Assembly (NCBI RefSeq): GCF_051105105.1
Contig: NZ_CP185339.1
Origin: Nannocystis pusilla
Lineage (GTDB): Bacteria; Myxococcota_A; Polyangia; Nannocystales; Nannocystaceae
DNA length: 64,000 nucleotides
Reading direction: 5' to 3' (one strand)
Below the pieces are notes generated by a model. That model was not told the DNA's origin, did no database searches, and saw only the letters and a program-made list of their open reading frames with translations. Below are positions 61,062 through 64,000 of the stretch, piece by piece. A program made the position numbers and the translations under genes. The number at the start of each line of letters is the position of its first letter. Position 1 is the stretch's first letter.

Positions 61062-61328
61062 TAGGTGGGACGGAATGTCGGGGGCTCGATGGAGCGAATG
61101 ATCGAACGTCGTTGGCAGCCGCCGTAAGGCGTTCTTCTGGTGTGATTGTTGGTTCAGAACCGAGCCTCTCGAATTCGACCTGCCGCGCCGTCGGGCGGCC
61201 GGACGTGGCGATGATTCAGCGCTGCTGTAACGAAGCTAACCTCACTCGATGATTCGCCGGCGACATATTCGACAAGGGCTCGGACTCGGCTCATTTAACA
61301 TACCGCCAAATGCACCCGGAGGATTGGG
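61062..61328. promoter_or_regulatory. Divergent promoter region between the oxygenase/SagB/sulfotransferase operon and the precursor-peptide genes; AT-richer; GGAGGATTGGG-ATG RBS for the precursor
   Basis: 267-bp intergenic stretch with reduced GC. A strong SD lies immediately before 61329. Confidence 0.5.
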
Positions 61329-61610
61329 ATGGCAGACAAGACGAAGCAGGCCAAGTTCGACGAGATTTTGGGACGCGCGATCCGTGACCGAGAGTTCAGG
61401 ATGAAGCTCGTGAACAACCCGAAGGCGACGGCCGCAGAGGTCGGGCTGACGGAAGAGGAGGCGAACCTGATCACGGGCGGTCTGGCGATCGGGAATACGT
61501 TGCTCTCGCCGGGCAGCGTCGCGTGGTGCACGGCCAAGACGTGCTACGAGAAGGGCGATTCGCGCTCTCTCGACATCGACCCGGTCAAAAAAGGCGGCGG
61601 TCAGCCGTAG
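61329..61610 (+). CDS. Putative RiPP precursor peptide with NHLP (nitrile-hydratase-leader-like) leader, GG cleavage motif and Cys/Ser/Thr core
   Basis: MADKTKQAKFDEILGRAIRDREFRMKLVNNPKATAAEVGLTEEEANLITGG | LAIGNTLLSPGSVAWCTAKTCYEKGDSRSLDIDPVKKGGGQP. The leader aligns residue-for-residue in character with the NHLP/TOMM-type leader pattern (..KAW.DeaFkq.LL.nPkaa..e.G..lpe). Strong RBS. Confidence 0.6.
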   Translation: MADKTKQAKFDEILGRAIRDREFRMKLVNNPKATAAEVGLTEEEANLITGGLAIGNTLLSPGSVAWCTAKTCYEKGDSRSLDIDPVKKGGGQP

Positions 61611-61622
61611 GCGAGGCGACAC

Positions 61623-61874
61623 GTGCGGTCATTCGCCGAGAGCTGCGCCTTACTCGACAGCATCGTCGGTCGCTGCGTGCGCGAGCCGGAGTTCGCGGAG
61701 CGCGTGCTCGACGAGCCCGAGGCGGCGCTCGCCGCCTACGGGCTCGCCAGACACGAGCTCGACGACTTCCTCGCGCTCGCCGGCGACCACAAGCAGGAGG
61801 CCGCGGAGACCTGGGCGGCGATCCGGGCGGGCATCGAAGCCCGGCGGCGGGCGCGTCGTCATCCTCGCGGATGA
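61623..61874 (+). CDS. Second NHLP-like leader-containing small protein (GTG start), possible second precursor or degenerate copy
   Basis: VRSFAESCALLDSIVGRCVREPEFAERVLDEPEAALAAYGLARHELDDFLALAGDHKQEAAETWAAIRAGIEARRRARRHPRG. The central segment parallels the leader of the upstream peptide. No GG/Cys-rich core is apparent. Confidence 0.4.
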   Translation: MRSFAESCALLDSIVGRCVREPEFAERVLDEPEAALAAYGLARHELDDFLALAGDHKQEAAETWAAIRAGIEARRRARRHPRG

Positions 61875-61890
61875 GGCCGATGCGAGCGGT

Positions 61891-62535
61891 TCACGGCTCG
61901 GCCCAGAGCCTCAGCAGTCCATCGTAGGACCTGCGGAGCCGATCGCCTTCTGCCTGGGTCCCGCCCCCGAAGAGCTCGAGGTAGTGCAGCGCGCAGCCCA
62001 TGTCGTAGAGGATCTCTCGCTGGGCCGGGTCGCGGACCCGGCTCTGAACTCGAAGTGTGCCGCTCCAGCGCGTCCCACGAGTCACTGGAGCGACACGATG
62101 CGACGCCGACGCAGGGAGCACGACGCACACGCCAGCGCCTTCCCTGTACGTCTCGTCGCCGTAGCCGCTGTCGATCAGGAGCTCGCCGCCGTCATAGTCG
62201 GCCGGATCGCTCAGGAGGACGGTGGCGAACGCGTCGACGCGAGCCAGAGCGGTGCGCTCGCCGCCTGGGGGCGGGTGAATATCGGTACAGCGCCCCATTT
62301 CGTGGCACGCGAACGTCACGGGGGCGACTGCGCTCGGCTGGACGCCGAGGCAGAAGAGGGGGTGGGCACGCAGCGCGTCCGCCAGGCGCCGGCCGGCCTC
62401 GCCCTCGACCTCTGCGTCGACTTCGCTCGCTACCCGCGAGGTCGGTCTGCCGCCGCGAACGCGACCGGAGAGCGATTCTGCCAGTCGGGCGGCCGCCGCG
62501 GCGGGCAGCACGTCGTGCAGGCGGATGATCATCAT
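61891..62535 (-). CDS. PKHD-type (PiuC/YbiX-like) Fe(II)/2OG hydroxylase paralog with atypical first metal motif (HEM instead of HxD)
   Basis: Start MMIIRLHDVLPAAAAARL in track ORF 61891..62913. LLSDPADYDGGELLIDSGYGDETYREGAGVCVVLPASASHRVAPVTRGTRW parallels PiuC-type LFLSDPxxYxGGELVV...SxLHxVxPVTRGxR. Confidence 0.65.
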   Translation of the reverse strand: MMIIRLHDVLPAAAAARLAESLSGRVRGGRPTSRVASEVDAEVEGEAGRRLADALRAHPLFCLGVQPSAVAPVTFACHEMGRCTDIHPPPGGERTALARVDAFATVLLSDPADYDGGELLIDSGYGDETYREGAGVCVVLPASASHRVAPVTRGTRWSGTLRVQSRVRDPAQREILYDMGCALHYLELFGGGTQAEGDRLRRSYDGLLRLWAEP

Positions 62536-62611
62536 GCAGAATGCATGGACCAGGGGAGGGCGGCAGGCAAGGACCGGGCCCAATCTCAGGGTCTGCAGAC
62601 AGGTGCGAATC

Positions 62612-63259
62612 ATGCCCATGTGCTTCGTCATCAAGAATGTATTGAGTCTGGAAGACCTCACGCAAATCCGCGCGTCGCTGATGAATGAGGCGTTCATCGA
62701 CGGCCGGGCAACGTCGACGCTCGCAGGCAAGAATAACCTCCAGCTCCCGCAAGAGGGGGCGACGTACGAGGCGGCCAGCGCGCTGGTGCGGCGCCGCCTG
62801 CTGGCGAACGAGAGCTTCCAGCTCGCCGTGTACCCGCGAACCCTCACGTCGCCGCTCTTCAGCAAGTATGAGATGGGGATGGAATACCCCGAGCACGTCG
62901 ACAGCGCGGTCATGGGCGGGTGCCGGGCCGACGTCGCGGTGACGCTGTTCCTCAGCGAGCTCGATGCCTATGAAGGCGGCGAGTTGGTCGTGGACACCGG
63001 GAATGGCGAGCGTCGCTATCGACTCGACGCGGGCGACGCCATCGCCTATCCGGCGTCGACGCTCCATCGCGTGGCTCGTGTCGCCCGCGGGACGCGGCTC
63101 GTCGCGGTGATGTGGGTGCAGAGCCTGATCCGCGATCCCGCGAAGCGACAGCTCCTCCACGACCTCGGCTCCGCCGTGAATGACCTGAAGGAGAGCGTCT
63201 ACAGCGCGCGAGTGCGCCGCAGCCACGCGAACCTGCTGCGACTGTGGGCCGAGCTCTGA
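62612..63259 (+). CDS. PKHD-type (PiuC/YbiX-like) Fe(II)/2OG hydroxylase, canonical HVD...H...R
   Basis: Start MPMCFVIKNVLSLEDLTQIRASL in track ORF 62525..63259. EHVDSAV, LFLSELDAYEGGELVVDTGNGERRYRLDAGDAIAYPASTLHRVARVARGTRLVAVMWVQSLIRD closely follows the E. coli PiuC/YbiX pattern. Divergent from the paralog, sharing a ~76-bp intergenic region. Confidence 0.75.
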   Translation: MPMCFVIKNVLSLEDLTQIRASLMNEAFIDGRATSTLAGKNNLQLPQEGATYEAASALVRRRLLANESFQLAVYPRTLTSPLFSKYEMGMEYPEHVDSAVMGGCRADVAVTLFLSELDAYEGGELVVDTGNGERRYRLDAGDAIAYPASTLHRVARVARGTRLVAVMWVQSLIRDPAKRQLLHDLGSAVNDLKESVYSARVRRSHANLLRLWAEL

Positions 63260-63295
63260 TCGCCGGCGGCGGCGGCGGCGGGGGCTGAGCCGCGT

Positions 63296-64000
63296 TCAAA
63301 GCGCGCCGCGGAGGTGCTCCACCGTGCGCAGCGCCAGCGCGATCACGGCGAGGGTCGGATTCGCATAACCTCCGGTGGGGAACACGGAGCTGCCGGCGAT
63401 GAACAGGTTCTCTATCCCATGGACCTTCGCGTCGCGATCGACGACCCCAAAGCGGGGATCCGTGCTCATGCGCGTCGTCCCGAGGTGATGGCAACCCCAG
63501 GGGCGATAATGGTCCTTGTTGGTGGGCTGCGAGGGCCAGGGAGCGTCCCTCGTCACTGCGAGCTCGACGCGGCCCTCGCCGTGGCGCTCGAGGGCGGCCG
63601 CGACGATCTCGGCGGTGGTGCAGATGCTGTCCCAGTCGAGCGGCGTGAGCTGCCAATCGAGGCGAGCGACGGGCACCCCGAAGGCGTCGAGCTCGTCGGC
63701 GAGGGTCACGCGGCTGTCCGGGTTCGGGCTTTGCTCGGCGCGCAGCAGCAGCCGCACGCGGGCGACGTCCGGATCGGAGCTGCCCTCCGGGGCGTCGTCC
63801 GGCCACAGTTGTACGGTCGCGTTGAGCAGACGATGAGCGCGCTGCGCCGCTGCGGTCAGGCCCAGCGCCGACATGGTCGCGTGGCCGAGGGCCGGGTCGA
63901 TGTGCTCTTGATAGGCGTGCCACCGCCCTCGGCTGGGCAGCGCGGCGATGCCGATCTGGACGTGCGGGTGCTCCATGAACCAGCGGCCCACATGATCGTG
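63296..64000 (-). CDS. GMC-family FAD oxidoreductase, C-terminal part (5' end beyond window)
   Basis: Track ORF 63296..63991 is open to the window edge. HHLGTTRMSTDPRFGVVDRDAKVHGIENLFIAGSSVFPTGGYANPTLAVIALALR is the GMC_oxred_C signature. Confidence 0.8.
   Translation of the reverse strand, partial: HDHVGRWFMEHPHVQIGIAALPSRGRWHAYQEHIDPALGHATMSALGLTAAAQRAHRLLNATVQLWPDDAPEGSSDPDVARVRLLLRAEQSPNPDSRVTLADELDAFGVPVARLDWQLTPLDWDSICTTAEIVAAALERHGEGRVELAVTRDAPWPSQPTNKDHYRPWGCHHLGTTRMSTDPRFGVVDRDAKVHGIENLFIAGSSVFPTGGYANPTLAVIALALRTVEHLRGAL

Overview
This is a very GC-rich (~70%) bacterial chromosome segment with no rRNA or tRNA genes. Its gene content looks Myxococcota-like: many lipoproteins with Thr/Pro-rich linkers, an ADYC-domain protein, an FHA-sigma54 activator, several Ser/Thr kinases, and ECF sigma/anti-sigma pairs. 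Coordinates derived from printed line labels may be off by 1-2 nt in places, because label-based counts disagree by 1 with ORF-track frames at several sites.

Core content, in order:
- an aldehyde dehydrogenase 3' end, and an SDR gene divergent from an HxlR regulator
- a DUF1552/DUF1592 gene pair
- a surface-sensing cluster: secreted protein, ECF sigma, anti-sigma, and two vWA lipoproteins
- a complete Ton system (lipoprotein-ExbB-ExbD, TonB) with a TonB-dependent receptor that carries an N-terminal TonB_C-like domain
- tandem paralogous Cys-rich lipoproteins
- Ser/Thr kinases, including a 1900-aa kinase-AAA-GAF-histidine-kinase fusion with a cognate response regulator
- gamma-glutamyltranspeptidase, MTA phosphorylase and a PfkB kinase
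- a LysR regulator, an FHA-sigma54 activator, and a BlaI/BlaR1-like pair with a clear operator palindrome

Three things stand out:
1. The 3' ~6 kb (58.2-64.0 kb) is a compact island bounded by an integrase 3' fragment, with locally reduced GC. It encodes two tandem NHLP-type (nitrile-hydratase-leader-like) RiPP precursor peptides, one ending in a GG cleavage motif followed by a Cys/Ser/Thr core. Around them sit a SagB-type dehydrogenase, a JmjC/cupin oxygenase, two divergent PKHD-type Fe(II)/2OG hydroxylases, a sulfotransferase and a GMC oxidoreductase. No YcaO is present in the window. I consider this the best candidate for an undescribed RiPP-like system.
2. A high-copy family of short GC hairpins (arms TGTCC / GGACA, often UUCG, GAAG or GNRA-type loops) is scattered through the window in arrays. 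They sit after stop codons, in divergent promoters, and in-frame inside coding linkers.
3. A second small low-GC islet (33.4-35.3 kb) carries IS remnants, a perfect 18-bp-stem hairpin, an orphan gene and a Cys-containing peptide with a poly-Asp/Glu tail.

Several genes show single-nucleotide frameshifts, some of them at C/G homopolymers. This may reflect assembly indel errors rather than true pseudogenes.
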